NCBI RefSeq assembly: GCF_964355755.1
Contig: NC_092674.1
Coordinates: forward strand, 15,190,001 to 15,254,000
DNA: 64,000 nucleotides
Direction: 5' to 3'
Source of the DNA: Antedon mediterranea
Taxonomy: Eukaryota; Animalia; Echinodermata
The translations under genes were made by a program, and so were the position numbers. Positions 12,498-25,220 of the stretch are shown piece after piece; the stretch's first letter is position 1; every line of letters begins with the position of its first letter. The notes beneath the pieces were generated by a model. That model was given only the letters and a program-made list of their open reading frames with translations. It was not told the DNA's origin and did not search any database.

Positions 12498-14173
12498 ATG
12501 ATATTGACAGACTCAGAAAGTAAATTGGATCCTGAAGATCAATTAGCTGATAAGTTAGTCTACTGGGTAAACAAAAATCAAGTAAAACACAATGCTATGG
12601 TTAAGTGGTTCAAAGTGCTTCAGCAGTCAGGTCACCCTTCTTTACCTGGAACCACTCGCACTTTACTTCAGACAAAAAGACATATTGAGTTATCAGAAAT
12701 ATTTGGCATGCAGTACATTAATTTTGGACTAAAAGAGCAGCTATTATCTTTATTTTATAAGTATCCAAAGCATGTACAAAAGAAAGTACAAACTATTAAA
12801 TTTCTCTTCGATGGAATTCCTCTGCATAAAAGTTTAAACAAATATTTTTGGCCTGTTTTATGTGCGATAATAAACATAGAAATGGTTGTATTCCCAGTAA
12901 TACTGACCTATGGTAATTCAAAGACAACTAGCTTGGAGTTTCTTAAAGAAATAATACAGGATTTAAAATAGTCTGATATCAAATGGGTTTACATTTAAAA
13001 TATCAAATATTGAAAAAACTGTTCCAGTACATGTACAATGCATCGTCTGTGATGCACATGCAAGGGCTTTTGTGAAAGCAGTAAAATCTGACTCCGGCTA
13101 CTACGGCTGTGACAAATGCGACCAAAAGGGTGTTTGGATAGACCCAATAACCTATCAAAATGTCAACAATTTCCAATGCGGAACAATTCTTTTCAAAGTC
13201 AATCCAATGAGGGTCATCATCTTCCTTCTAAAGGAGGGGAAAATCCACTTGCAGCACCATTCTGTGATTTACCCATAGACATAATGGGGTGCTTCCCTGT
13301 TGACTATATGCACTAGTCCTGTTTGGGGGTCATGCGACGACTATTTCATGGACAAAGGGAAATGTGGGAATCAGGATGTCTGCAGCGGAAAGAGAATGTG
13401 TAAGCATAAAACTGGTATCCTTCCAAAAAGCTATTCCTAAATGTTTCGCTCGAAAGCCACATACTCTCCTTGAAGTAGATAGGTGAAAGGCAACAGAATT
13501 TCGACAGTTCCTTTTATACACTGAAAAAATTAGCTTGAAAGGAATTTTAAAGCACAAGTTTTTTTATCACTTTTTCGTTCTGAGCATTGCAACGTGCATT
13601 CTCATTGCATCTACATTAGCCCAAACACATAATGACTATGCTCACCAGTTGATGCTACACTTCAATGAACAGGGCCAAATATTGTATGGAGATAAATTTT
13701 TGGTTTACAATGTTCACAGTACAGTCCATTTGGCAGAGGAGGAAAATTTGGAAGTCTCGATAATTGTTCGGCTTTTACTTTTGAAAACTACCTGCAGCAC
13801 TTGAAAAATTTAGTACGATAATCAGGCAAAAATCTTGTTGTTCAAATAGCCACAGATTACCGAAGATTCAGAAAGATGTCAACCTGTCAAAAAATATCAA
13901 CTTCTATTAGCCAAATAATGGTTTCATCCGACACAACATGTGCAGAGATCGTATCAAAAACATAACATAATGATGGTGATGATGGGGATCAATATCTGTG
14001 TCGCTTATACAAAGAAAGTGAAGCCAAATTTATCTCTCCTTGTGATTCGAGTATGTGATCAAAATACTACAATAAAGATGGTCTCAGAAACACAATTTAA
14101 AAAACAGGCCATAAAAATCACATTTCCAGACAAAAGGGAAGCTGTGTTAATGACTATTTTGCACAAATTTTAA
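12498..14173 (+). mobile_element. CACTA/EnSpm transposase pseudogene, copy 1
   Basis: DGIPLHKS..FWPVLCAI, CDAHARAFVK...GYYGCDKC, FPVDYMH, KATEFRQFLLY, YNVHSTVHLAEE, SAFTFENYL; several stops and frameshifts. Confidence 0.85.
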
Positions 14174-14403
14174 CACGAAATAACAATGCGTACGTCAAAA
14201 CCAATGTTAATTGTTAATGCTTCATAGACAAGAATACTTATTAACATGGTACGAGATAATTACAGATACTGTATTACTGTATTACTGTTAATAAGTAAAG
14301 TTACCGAAACAAATGAAATTATATTTATTTTTTTATCTTCAGTCAACAATCAAGCACTAACAAACATTATTTTAAAAAATATGAATTCGTTTCTTTTACA
14401 CAG

Positions 14404-15330
14404 ATGCTGAAATTTGTTGTTATTTCTTACGACAAAGAAGCCGTTGATATTGTCTCGTAAGAATGGCTTCTGGAAAAGGACAATGTATGTATAACTGTGT
14501 ATAAATCTATTAAAATGCTTTACAGTTTCTTTTTAAACAATTTGTTTCGAAATATTTTCAGAAATTTTACTGCTACTGGCCTAGGCAAAACGTTGGGTTT
14601 AAAGTAAAGAGGCACGAACAACTTAATACTGATAACTGGTCATTGTACGAAGTGAGGATTGTAAAATATGCTGGTACGCCAACTTAATTTTCAAGTATGA
14701 AATAACAACACGGTTAATGGGACAAAAATGCTTCTTGTTTTAAAATTTTAAACATAATGTTTGCAACTTGTAATTGTGCTCACTGTTTATAAACGTGAAA
14801 TTATTTGGGCATTTCGTAGTATACAAACGTTATCAATCATGATCTTAAAGCTGTTAATAAATTATACTACTCCACACAGTCATATGAGAAAGTGAAAGAA
14901 TATCACGACCTAGCAAAATGTGATTCGGTCGTCGAAAGCACTTCCGAAGAAGAGGTGGGGAAACGGAAGAAAGCTGCACCCAAAGAATTCACTGATGAGT
15001 ATCAGGCCGAAAATGAGGGCGAGTACCAGTTATACAAACTTTTTTATATATCAAGGTCTTGTTTGATTTGTGCAAAGTGAGTGAGAATGGCATACGTAGA
15101 TATTACAAAGTGTATGGACTTCTTTACAAATGATCATTTTTATATCCTTTTTTAAAAAAATATTTTGATCTACTGTTGTGTTTGTTACTTTCAGATGGTT
15201 CTTCAGACGATGGAATGGCAATGCAAGTTAAAAAACAAGCAAGAACACAACCAAAGACTGGTATACCCGTCCTTGCAAGGCCTCCAGAGTTCATCAAGTA
15301 CAATTCGAGGAATGAAACCGTCAATGGAAG
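14404..15330 (+). pseudogene. Spliced accessory gene of the animal EnSpm element (N-terminal exons)
   Basis: MLKFVVISYDKEAVDIVS*EWL | gt..ag | FYCYWPRQ...NWSLYEVRIVK | SYEKVKEY...ESTSEEE; VV...V..W...C.WP pattern typical of the ORF downstream of animal EnSpm transposases. Confidence 0.55.
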
Positions 15331-15834
15331 TAGGTGTAATCACTCATCCATTATTCTTGTAACCTTATTACACACCGATGACAGTAAGTGTAGTGTTTGG
15401 CCAATTACGCATCACATGTTAATTTACCTAACAAAAAAGTGATATCTAATGTTGATAAAAACGCGCTCTAATGCATGTTTAGCTCTCTGTAAACATTTTG
15501 AGATCTGTAACTGTTCTACTACGCGTCTAAAGTTTTAATGGCCTAGATTCCTGGCCTAGCATTTGTCATTGATATACGATGGTTAACTTGAATAAAAGTA
15601 TAGGCGTGTTATAAAATATTTTAATGAAAAATTGACTGCATTATTTTTAACTCGGCTACGTCTCATTTATTTTGATATTAATATTAAATTATGAATAGGC
15701 CTAATAAAAGTAATTGCATAGACCGACAGACTGAATTAATTAAATAAGTTTCAGTACCGTATCAGAAATAAAAAAAAGTTACACTAGACTTTCGCTATTG
15801 CTAACTTATTTATGTTAAATGACATTCATTTTAG

Positions 15835-17037
15835 ATATGGCTCCACCAAGAATAGCAGAAACACCAAAGCTTAAGAGACGTCCCAAATTACGGTGTTGGC
15901 TTGCAGTAACGCCGATGGATTTTATGTCTCTCCTATGATGGTTTTCCCAGGGCAACGGTTTATTTATAACCCATTGTTGGGAGCACTGGAAGGAAGTTTT
16001 CTTGGAAGGACTCATAATGGGTGGATGGACCAAGAGGTTTTCTTTGAGTTTTGAGTTTTCTGAAGCTGGCCATTCCATGCACATGAATTTGGTAACATGC
16101 AAGTTTTGCCAAGATATTTTAACTTTATTGTTTTCCCAGTTAATGTATACATATTATTCAACCCCTTGATTTATCATTTTTTTCTTCTTTGAAGTCATTT
16201 GTTACAAAAATTTCAATTCAGCAATCCGGGAGAAGCTGTCACCAAACAAACATTTTCTAGAGTCTTTGCCCCTGCATGGATGGTGTCCGCTACGAAGAAG
16301 ATTGCGGTTTCCGGAAGGCTGGATTATTCCCTTTTCTGTAGCAATAGAAAAGAAGAAGTTCAAAAGTTTTCTTAAGGCAGATGGATGAAGATGTTGCAGC
16401 TGTAGGTGGTTTCCATTGAGCATGCCAATGATAAGCACGCCGTCATGCCATCCACCACAGTCTCAATCCCAACAAAGTCCACTAAAGAAACCCAATCAGA
16501 AAAGGATGATGCCCTTTCAACTTGCAAACAAGTTCTGTTCTTAAAAAGCAAAAGCTGTTGTTTGAATGCCGCTACGCCAACGGGTATGATTGCGAAAACA
16601 ACAAGTACCAAAAATAAAAGGTTCTAAAAAACGCAGAAATCAAGTCGTATTTTAAATCTATTACCGGTGAAGCAGTCCCTCTACAAAAATCCGATGAGGA
16701 AGGACCAATCCAATGTCAGGCAGAAAAAGTATTTAGAGACCACATAAGTTACCCCACAAAAGAATTAAAGGCCAAAGTGATGCCCAAGGTGCTATCCGGC
16801 GCGCAATTTATTGCGTTCGCGGAGGCTGAAAGCCAAAAAGAAATAAAAGGACACATCTGCAAAAGCAAGACAAATCAAAATCAACAGCGACATTTTAAGT
16901 GGTTCCAAAAAGACATTTGACGACAACGATGACTGCCTTTGGATTGGATTCGAATGTGGACGGTGGTTTCATTGCCTTGTTAGGTGTTGTGGTCACGACT
17001 GCGACGACATGACGGAGGACAGGGTGAGAAATTAATG
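15835..17037 (+). mobile_element. pogo/Tigger-family DDE_1 transposase remnant with C-terminal PHD-like finger, copy 1
   Basis: QITVLACSNADGFYVSPMMVFPGQRF...GRTHNGWMDQEVF; HIIQPLDL; WIGFECGRWFHC. Confidence 0.8.
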
Positions 17038-17801
17038 GTCGCCCTTCTACATTCACGCGTATTGTGTGTTGACGTTTTACACGTCTTACACCATCGCTGT
17101 GAGTTACTTTGTTTGCTTCTGTAACAGTCTTTTGCTTAATGTCCAGGCTTTTTACATTCGTAGCAGATTAGTTGTTTAATTGGATGAGTTTTCATGACGG
17201 AGTCGTTAACGTTGGTACTCACCATTTTGCTGGCCTTTAAATTCTCTTCATAATTTTTGAGAGGTGTCTTAAATTCTGATAATGTTGGCTGATTTTCTTT
17301 TTGTGTTATCACTGTGTTTAGCGTATCATACTCTTCTGGTAGTCCTTTCAGTACCATTGACATTAGCAGTGAGTCACTGAGAACTTACCCTGCTGTTTTT
17401 AACGACACTCCAATCGTTTCTGCTCGAATTACATAATCGGTGGTAGTCTCAATTGCTTTCATCGTCTAAGAACATAATTGTGAGTACATTGTTATTACTC
17501 TCGGTTTTCCTCTACCTAGGTAATGTTCACGAAGGATCGTTAGCGCTTTACGCCCATCATCTTTAGCATCACGAATAATCAGTGATAGCGACCTGTCATC
17601 TAGACATTGAACAAGCTCCGCAAAAGCATTTGCATTCTTGTTTGCATCAGGAGGATTTTCATCTCCTGGATTTATTACACCATGCAACTTCTGTAGACGC
17701 ATATATCCTAAGAACTTAACTTCCCAGAGTTCATACTGGGACTCATCGCCGTTGAATAATATTCTTCTGGGCTCATAACCTGTTAGATTATGAGTAGCCA
17801 T
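17038..17801 (-). mobile_element. Ty1/Copia gag (5' part of element, degraded)
   Basis: MATHNLTGYEPRRILFNGDESQYELWEVKFLG...DDGRKALTILREHY; MVLKGLPEEY; knuckles CYECKKPGH*AKDC and WCKTCKTSTHNTREC. Confidence 0.9.
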
Positions 17802-18164
17802 AATCTCGACTTGGAAGCAAACAACAACGGATAAAAATAAGATATAACTCAACAGTGTTACATGAGAACTTGAACTAACAGTTTATTCAGAACTTGTATT
17901 ATATTATATATGTACAGTACAATGAAATGTGATTGGTCAGTTAATAACCAGAAAAGAGGTGGGGCATTCCACCTATCATAGTACATCAAGTACTTATACA
18001 CCTGTCAGTGTCATTAATAAAGGTGCTAAATCAGATGTGTTTAGTATAGCTTGACAACTGACCTCCACTAGGGTATAATTATTGACTGGTTCCCAGACTA
18101 AAGACTGGTATCACTGATAACTTAATGGACTTATTATAATTAGATGAGAGCCTATACTTCAACA
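17781..18164 (-). mobile_element. Copia 5' LTR (384 bp) followed by PBS at 17767-17780
   Basis: Minus strand TGTTGA...CTAACA, immediately followed by GGTTATGAGCCCAG (copia-type half-tRNAiMet PBS); outer end coincides with the start of duplication copy 2. Confidence 0.8.
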
Positions 18165-21100
18165 ATGAATTAATTTAAAATATATTCAGTTTATATTACA
18201 CAACAAAAGAGAACAAAAAAAGAAATGTATTTATTAAAAATAAGTATGTAACAAAAATATGAAATAAATGCGAGTGAAAAATATGACAAGTTTAATTGGT
18301 AAATATATTTGCATAGACAATGCTGCTGACCTGAGAAATCTCTATACATGATCGAATAAATGTCCTAGGTCACGTGCCCAGGAACGAACTATTCAAATAT
18401 TGTGACTACAAAATTATGTGTCTGATACAACCAATATTATAAAAGATTTACAGTAATTAGATTGTTGAACACATAATGCTTTAATAAATTTTTTCTTTAT
18501 ATAATAGGGATTTGAATGATATTGACAGAGATATGTTAGTAATATCAGACTAAGAAAGTAAATTGGATCCTGAAGATCAATTAGCTGATTAGTCTACTGG
18601 GTAAACAAAAATCAACTAAAACACAATGCTATGGTTAAGTTGTTCAAAGTGCTTCAGCAGTCAGGTCACCCTTCTTTACCTGGAACCACTCGCACTTTAC
18701 TTCAGACAAAAAGACATTGAGTTATCAGAAATATTTGGCATGCAGTACATTAATTTTGGACTAAGTATCCAAAGCATGTACAAAAGAAAGTACAAACTAT
18801 TAAATTTCTCTTCGATGGAATTCTTCTGCATAAAAGTTCAAACAAATATTTTTGGCCTGTTTTATGTGCAATAATAAACATAGAAATTGTTGTATTCCCA
18901 GTAATACTGACCTATGGTAATTCAAAGACAACTAGCTTGGAGTTTCTTAAAGAAATAATACCGGATTTAAAATAGTCTGATATCAAATGGGTTTACATTT
19001 AAAATATCAAATATTGAAAAAAACTGTTCCAGTACATGTACAATGCATCATCTATGATGCACATGCAAGGGCTTTTGTGAAAGCAGTAAAATCCGACTCC
19101 GGCTACTACGGCTGTGACAAATGCGACCAAAAGGGTGTTTGGATAGACCCAATAACCTATCAAAATGTAAACAATTTCCAATGCGGAACAGATTCTTTTC
19201 AAAGTCAATCCAATGAGGGTCATCATCTTCCTTCCTCATGCGACGACTATTTCATGGACAAAGGGAAATGTGGGAATCAGGATGTCTGCAGCGGAAAGAG
19301 AATGTGTAAGCATAAAACTGGTATCCTTCCAAAAAGCTATTCCTAAATGTTTCGCTCGAAAGCCACATACTCTCCTTGAAGTAGATAGGTGAAAGGCAAC
19401 AGAATTTCGACAGTTCCTTTTATACACTGAAAAAATTAGCTTGAAAGGAATTTTAAAGCACAAGTTTTTTTATCACTTTTTCGTTCTGAGCATTGCAACG
19501 TGCATTCTCATTGCATCTACATTAGCCCAAACACATAATGACTATGCTCACCAGTTGATGCTACACTTCAATGAACAGGGCCAAATATTGTGGAGATAAA
19601 TTTTTGGTTTACAATGTTCACAGTACAGTCCATTTGGCAGAGGAGGAAAATTTGGAAGTCTCGATAATTGTTCGGCTTTTACTTTTGAAAACTACCTGCA
19701 GCACTTGAAAAATTTAGTACGATAATCAGGCAAAAATCTTGTTGTTCAAATAGCCACAGATTACCGAAGATTCAGAAAGATGTCAACCTGTCAAAAAATA
19801 TCAACTTCTATTAGCCAAATAATGGTTTCATCCGACACAACATGTGCAGAGATCGTATCAAAAACAAAACATAATGATGGTGATCAATATCTGTGTCGCT
19901 TATACAAAGAAAGTGAAGCCAAATTTATCTCTCCTTGTGATTCGAGTATGTGATCAAAATACTACAATAAAGATGGTCTCAGAAACACAATTTAAAAAAC
20001 AGGCCATAAAAATCACATTTCCAGACAAAAGGGAAGCTGTGTTAATGACTATTTTGCACAAATTTTAACACGAAATAACAATGCGTACGTCAAAACCAAT
20101 GTTAATTGTTAATGCTTCATAGACAAGAATACTTATTAACACGTTCACTGCCACGGCGTATTTATACGTCAAAAATTGCGTGTCGCTACTTGCCAAGACG
20201 TAATACTACGTCAAAATCGTAGCACTTTTGTATTGTATGTAGAATCGCTGGCAGTGGTGATTGGAACAGGAATTATCGCATGGCAGTTTATGAATGATGT
20301 ACGTAAACGATAATCTAAAAATAAATGTCATATGTTTGTTTGTGTTTATTCCCTCATGCATTGAATATGGTTGATACGATGGCGCCCTCACACTCAATAT
20401 AATCATCTCAAACATGTCATAAATTGCGCTAATAGTAAATAAAAATAATAAAGGATGAAATGATTCAGTGTGGTTTACTGTTTTTATCTCTCGATGATAG
20501 GTTTGACCGATTTTAGCGCGGAAAATCCCCGACGTATATTTACGTTCCTGGCAAAGTCAATAAAATTGTTGGACCATTGCCAGTGACGTATTTATACGTC
20601 TCAACGGTTTTTCCCGCCATCGTATTTTGAATGACATCATGATAGTCTGTGACCAGATGTTACACTTTCAAACTGTAATTTAATATGTAAACGGGACTTG
20701 GCACTGGGACAGAAATTACGGAAAATGCCTTGGCAGTCAATGTGTTAACATGGTACGAGATAATTACAGATACTGTATTACTGTTAATAAGTAAAGTAAC
20801 CGAAACAAATGAAATTATATTTATTTTTTTATCTTCAGTCAACAATCAAGCACTAACAAACATTATTTAAAAAAATATGAATTCGTTTCTCTTACACGAC
20901 AAAGAAGCCGTCGATATTGTCTCGTAAAAATGGCTTCTGGAAAAGGACAATGTATGTATAACTGTGTATAGATCTATTAAAATGCTTTACAGTTTCTTTT
21001 TAAACAATTTGTTTCAAAATATTTTCAGAAATTTTACTGCTACTGGCCTAGGCAAAACGTAAATAGGCACGAACAACTTAATACTGATAACTGGTCATTG

Positions 21101-22442
21101 TACGAAGTGAGGATTGTAAAATATGCTGGTACGTCAACTTAATTTTCAAGTATGAAATAACAACACGGTTAATGGGACAAAAATGCTTCTTTTTTTAAAA
21201 TTTTAAACATAGATATAGCTCCACCAAGAATAGCAGAAACACCAAAGCTTAAGAGACGTCCCAAATTACGGTGTTGGCTTGCAGTAACGCCGATGGATTT
21301 TATGTCTCTCCTATGATGGTTTTCCCAGGGCAACGGTTTATTTATAACCCATTGTTGGGAGCACTGGAAGGAAGTTTTCTTGGAAGGACTCATAATGGGT
21401 GGATGGACCAAGAGGTTTTCTTTGAGTTTTGAGTTTTATGAAGCTGGCCATTCCATGCACATGAATTTGGTAACATGCAAGTTTTGCCAAGATATTTTAA
21501 CTTAATTGTTTTCCCAGTTAATGTATTCATATTATTCAACCCCTTGATTTATCATTTTTTTCTTCTTTGAAGTCATTTGTTACAAAAGTTTCAATTCAGC
21601 AATCCGGGAGAAGCTGTCACCAAACAAACATTTTCTAGAGTCTTTGCCCCTGCATGGATGGTGTCCGCTACGAAGAAGATTGCGGTTTCCGGAAGGCTGG
21701 ATTATTCTTTTTTCTGTAGCAATAGAAAAGAAGAAGTTCAAAAGTTTTCTTAAGGCAGATGGATGAAGATGTTGCAGCTGTAGGTGGTTTCCATTGAGCA
21801 CGCCAATGATAAGCACGCCGTCATGCCATCCACCACAGTCTCAATCCCAACAAAGTCCACTAAAGAAACCCAATCCGAAAAGGATGATGCCCTTTCAACT
21901 TGCAAACAAGTTCTGTTCTTAAAAAGCAAAAGCTGTTGTTTGAATGCCGCTACGCCAACGGGTATGATTACGAAAACAACGAGTACCAAAAATAAAAGGT
22001 TCTAAAAAACTCAGAAATCAAGTCGTATTTTAAATCTATTACCGGTGAAGCAGTCCCTCTACAAAAATCCGAGGAGAAAGGACCAATCCAATGTCAGGCA
22101 GAAAAAGTATTTAGAGACCACATAAGTTACCTCACAAAAGAATTAAAGGCCAAAGCGATGCCCAAGGTGCTATCCGGCGCGTAATTTATTGCGTTCGCTG
22201 AGGAAAAGGCAAACAAAAGGGCAGAAGAGGATGCAGCAAAAAAAGAAATAAAAGGACACAGCTGCAAAAGCAAGACAAATCAAAATCAACAGCGACATTT
22301 TAAGTGGTTTCAAAAAGACATTTGACGACAACGATGACTGCCTTTGGATTGGATTCGAATGTGGACGGTGGTTTCATTGCCTTGTTAGGTGTTGTGGTCA
22401 CGACTGCGACGACATGACGGAGGACAGGGTGAGAAATTAATG
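18165..22442 (+). repeat. Segmental duplication, copy 2 (EnSpm ~18517-20068, accessory exons, pogo remnant ~21211-22480), with internal deletions and a MITE insertion
   Basis: Same ORF fragments as copy 1; lacks copy-1 segments ~13229-13329 and ~14757-15833. Confidence 0.9.
20140..20744. mobile_element. piggyBac-like MITE (605 bp)
   Basis: TTAA TSD (20136-20139, 20745-20748); TIR CACGTTCACTGCCA / TGGCAGTCAATGTG; empty site tattaacatggtac in copy 1 at ~14240. Confidence 0.9.
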
Positions 22443-22487
22443 TTGCTAAGGGCGCCTATGATATTTGTAGAAATAAAATGTCTTTAA

Positions 22488-22800
22488 CACGTTCACTGCC
22501 ACGGCGTATTTATACGTCAAAAATTGCGTGTCGCTACTTGCCAAGACATAATACTACGTCAAAATCGTAGCACTTTTGTATTGTATGTAGATCGCTGGCA
22601 GTGGTGACTGGAACAGGAATTATCGCATGGCAGTTTATGAATGATGTACGTAAACGATAATCTAAAAATAAATGTCATATGTTTGTTTGTGTTTATTCCC
22701 TCATGCATTGAATATGGCGCCCTCACACTCAATATAATCATCTCAAACGGGACTTGGCACTGGGACAGAAATTACGGAAAATGCCTTGGCAGTCAATGTG
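22488..22800. mobile_element. Internally deleted copy of the same MITE (313 bp)
   Basis: TTAA flanks, same TIRs, main deletion joined at aaac microhomology. Confidence 0.9.
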
Positions 22801-23803
22801 TTAAAAGTACTCATTTTTTAAACCAAATAAATATGAATGTATTTTGAGAATATGTGTTTTGTATTTTGTTCTTATTTCCTACCATTATTTCACGAATTGA
22901 TCCCTTTAAATTAATAACTAATTCAATAGCGACGAATCGAAAGAAGGAGGAGCAAAGATAACTTATGAAAGAATCTATGAAACATCTTAATATCTTACCA
23001 ATGTCGAGAAAATCCGACAATCGAAAACGTCATCCAACCACCAATGTCGAGAAAATCCGACATCTAGAATGACCTCATTCAAATGAGATTTTCACAAACT
23101 TCCAGTTCACCGAGAATGATGGGATAGTTTGGGTTAGCACGAGCAGAAGTTTCTCTTTGGAATTATCGAATAATCTAATTGTTCGTTATTTCAAAATCTT
23201 CTTTTATTTGCTTGATAAAACTGCAATCGAATTTCTCCATCTTATTCGTCGGCACTGACAGTCCCGCTCTACCAGCAATAGACAGTTTTTCTGTTAGCTG
23301 ACTCACAAATTCTTCCGGCATTAACTGCCTCACTCTTTCAATTCATGCTCTGCCTTTTTCTTGTTTACTTCTGGCCAGTCATATTTACTCAGCCTTTTGC
23401 TTTTGCAATGAGCCTTCTGCATTCTTTCATCATTCAGCAGTTATAGTTACACCCGCCGTTTACCCGAGCATACGACACTGAGAACAGTCGCACTCCAATT
23501 TGACCAGCAATCGATTTTGTTCTAGTTTCTCCGTCAGCAGCTGCACGAACTCGTCCGGCATTAACTGCCTAACTCTTCCAATTGCACCGTCGTCATCATT
23601 TTGCCGAAGTCGCTTAGAAATGCTCTGGCACCACCACTCCGCTTGCCATCACTGCTTCTTGGACAAAGTCTACTGCCTGCCTCTTCTGATTTTTAGCATA
23701 GCCTTTTTTCAGAGTCATAGTTACTCCCGACATTTACCCGAGCTACGTACTTTACATGATATGGCAGAAAATGCAGTCTATTTCTTACAATAACCATCTT
23801 GAT

Positions 23804-23894
23804 TACTGAAAATCAAGCGAGCTTTTGCCCTTTTGCTCTACGTGAGGTCCTCGCCTTAGGACACCTGCATTACCATTTGACAGATGTACCGTCC
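23804..23894 (-). rRNA. 28S (LSU) rRNA fragment (~90 bp), not a gene
   Basis: Minus strand CGGTACATCTGTCAAATGGTAATGCAGGTGTCCTAAGGCGAG..CTCACGTAGAGCAAAAGGGCAAAAGCTCGCTTGATTTTCAGTA matches the conserved eukaryotic LSU segment as recalled, with short deletions. Confidence 0.85.
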
Positions 23895-24036
23895 AACAAT
23901 CAATTTCAATCATTTATTCGCAATCAATGTACCATTTTGATCACCTTGATTTTGTTCTAATTTCTCCGTCAGCAGCCGCACGAACTCGTCCGGCATTAAT
24001 TGCCTAACTCTTCCAATTGCATCGTCATCGTCATTT

Positions 24037-24124
24037 TGAAAATCAAGCGAGCTTTTGCCCTTTTGCTCTACGTGAGGTCCTCGCCTTAGGACACCTGCAT
24101 TACCATTTGACAGATGTACCGTCC
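24037..24124 (-). rRNA. Second copy of the 28S rRNA fragment
   Basis: Identical to 23807-23894. Confidence 0.85.
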
Positions 24125-24277
24125 AACAATCAATTTCAATCATTTATTCGCAATTAATGTACCATTTTGATCACCTTGATTTCAATTTTGCTGCCTTCGG
24201 GAATGCCTGTTGTCCCTCCCGGGTACTGTGTTCTTTTCTTTTTTTTTTTTGGCTTAACATTTAAACAATTATTTTAG

Positions 24278-24735
24278 GATTTGGTGATTCTGAAATCGAG
24301 ACAGTTATTGAACACTATCGTAGCGTTTTGATGTCCGCAGGTGTCAATGATAACACATTTTCAGTTGGTTACAAGTCATAGTCATAGTCATATATACTTT
24401 ATTGTCCATTTAAAAAACAGAAATGTGATTTGAAAACTGGCAAAATACAAAAATATAAAATACAATTTACAAAAACACACACAAAAAGTTAAGAGGCTAA
24501 AAATTGTTAAAATTAGATAAAAATTATCGGTTACAATTACATTTTACCTTTGTACTCTGGAGTTATATAAGTGTATAGCATTAGGTACAAACGAGCACCT
24601 AAACCGTTTTGTTTTGGTATTAAGTGCACGTAGTCTTATGCCAGAATTCATGAGAGCAAATTGTTTGTGAAGAGGATGTGTTGAAGAAATTGAGAATAAG
24701 TGGACATTACTCAAGAGTATCATTTATGATGAGAG
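24278..24735 (+). pseudogene. hAT (ZNF862-like) transposase exon split by a LINE fragment
   Basis: tttag|FGDSEIETVIEHYRSVLMSAGVNDNT ... IENKWTLLKSIIYDE|gcaagt. Confidence 0.5.
24376..24687 (-). mobile_element. Rex1/Babar-like LINE 3' end
   Basis: Minus strand STHPLHKQFALMNSGIRLRALNTKTKRFRCSFVPNAIHLYN, then AATAAA and a (TGACTA)n tail. Confidence 0.75.
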
Positions 24736-24754
24736 GCAAGTACATTTTTTGTGT

Positions 24755-25220
24755 GATATGCTATTGTGCTATTGAAGTCTAAGGGTTAAGTGTTACTGCT
24801 ATAGCTCGAAAAGCAGTTGTGGTTGCTACTGATATGCTATTATGCTATTGAAGTCTGAGGGTTAAGTGTTACTGCTATAGCAGCTATTTCTGCTATAGCT
24901 CGAAAAGCAGTTGTGTTGCTACTGATATGCTATTATGCTATTGAAGTCTGAGGGTTAAGTGTTACTGCTATAGCAGCTATTTCTGCTATAGCTCGAAAAG
25001 CAGTTGTGGTTGCTATTGATATGCTATTGTGCTATTGAAGTCTGAGGGTTAAGTGTTACTGCTATAGCAGCTATTTTTGCTATAGCTCGAAAAGCAGTTG
25101 TGGTTGCTACTGATATGCTATTGTGCTATTGAAGTCTGAGGGTTAAGTGTTACTGCTATAGCAGCTATAGCTCGAAAAGCAGTTGTGGTTGCTATTGATA
25201 TGCCATTGTGCTATTGAATT
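24755..25220. repeat. ~94-bp minisatellite, ~5 copies (periods 75-94 bp)
   Basis: tgatatgctatt.tgctattgaagtctgagggttaagtgttactgctatagc...tcgaaaagcagttgtggttgcta. Confidence 0.9.

Larger units (their letters stand above)
12150..17037. repeat. Segmental duplication, copy 1 (copy 2 = 18165-22442)
   Basis: Near-identical sequence from atgaattaattt.aaatatattcag to gtgagaaattaatg in both copies. Confidence 0.95.
23200..24200 (-). pseudogene. Degenerate internally repetitive ORF of unknown family
   Basis: Three copies of I(E/G)RVRQLMP(D/E)EFV..LTEKL and DCxxC-type segments on the minus strand; 230-bp-period duplication 23807-23952 / 24037-24182. Confidence 0.4.

Noticed and set aside
22997-23063. 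Direct repeat ccaatgtcgagaaaatccgaca x2
   Set aside because: Probably a subterminal motif of the pogo element; no matching left terminus found
23804-24124. rDNA locus or R2 insertion site
   Set aside because: Only ~90 bp of 28S with deletions; no other rRNA sequence or R2 ORF nearby
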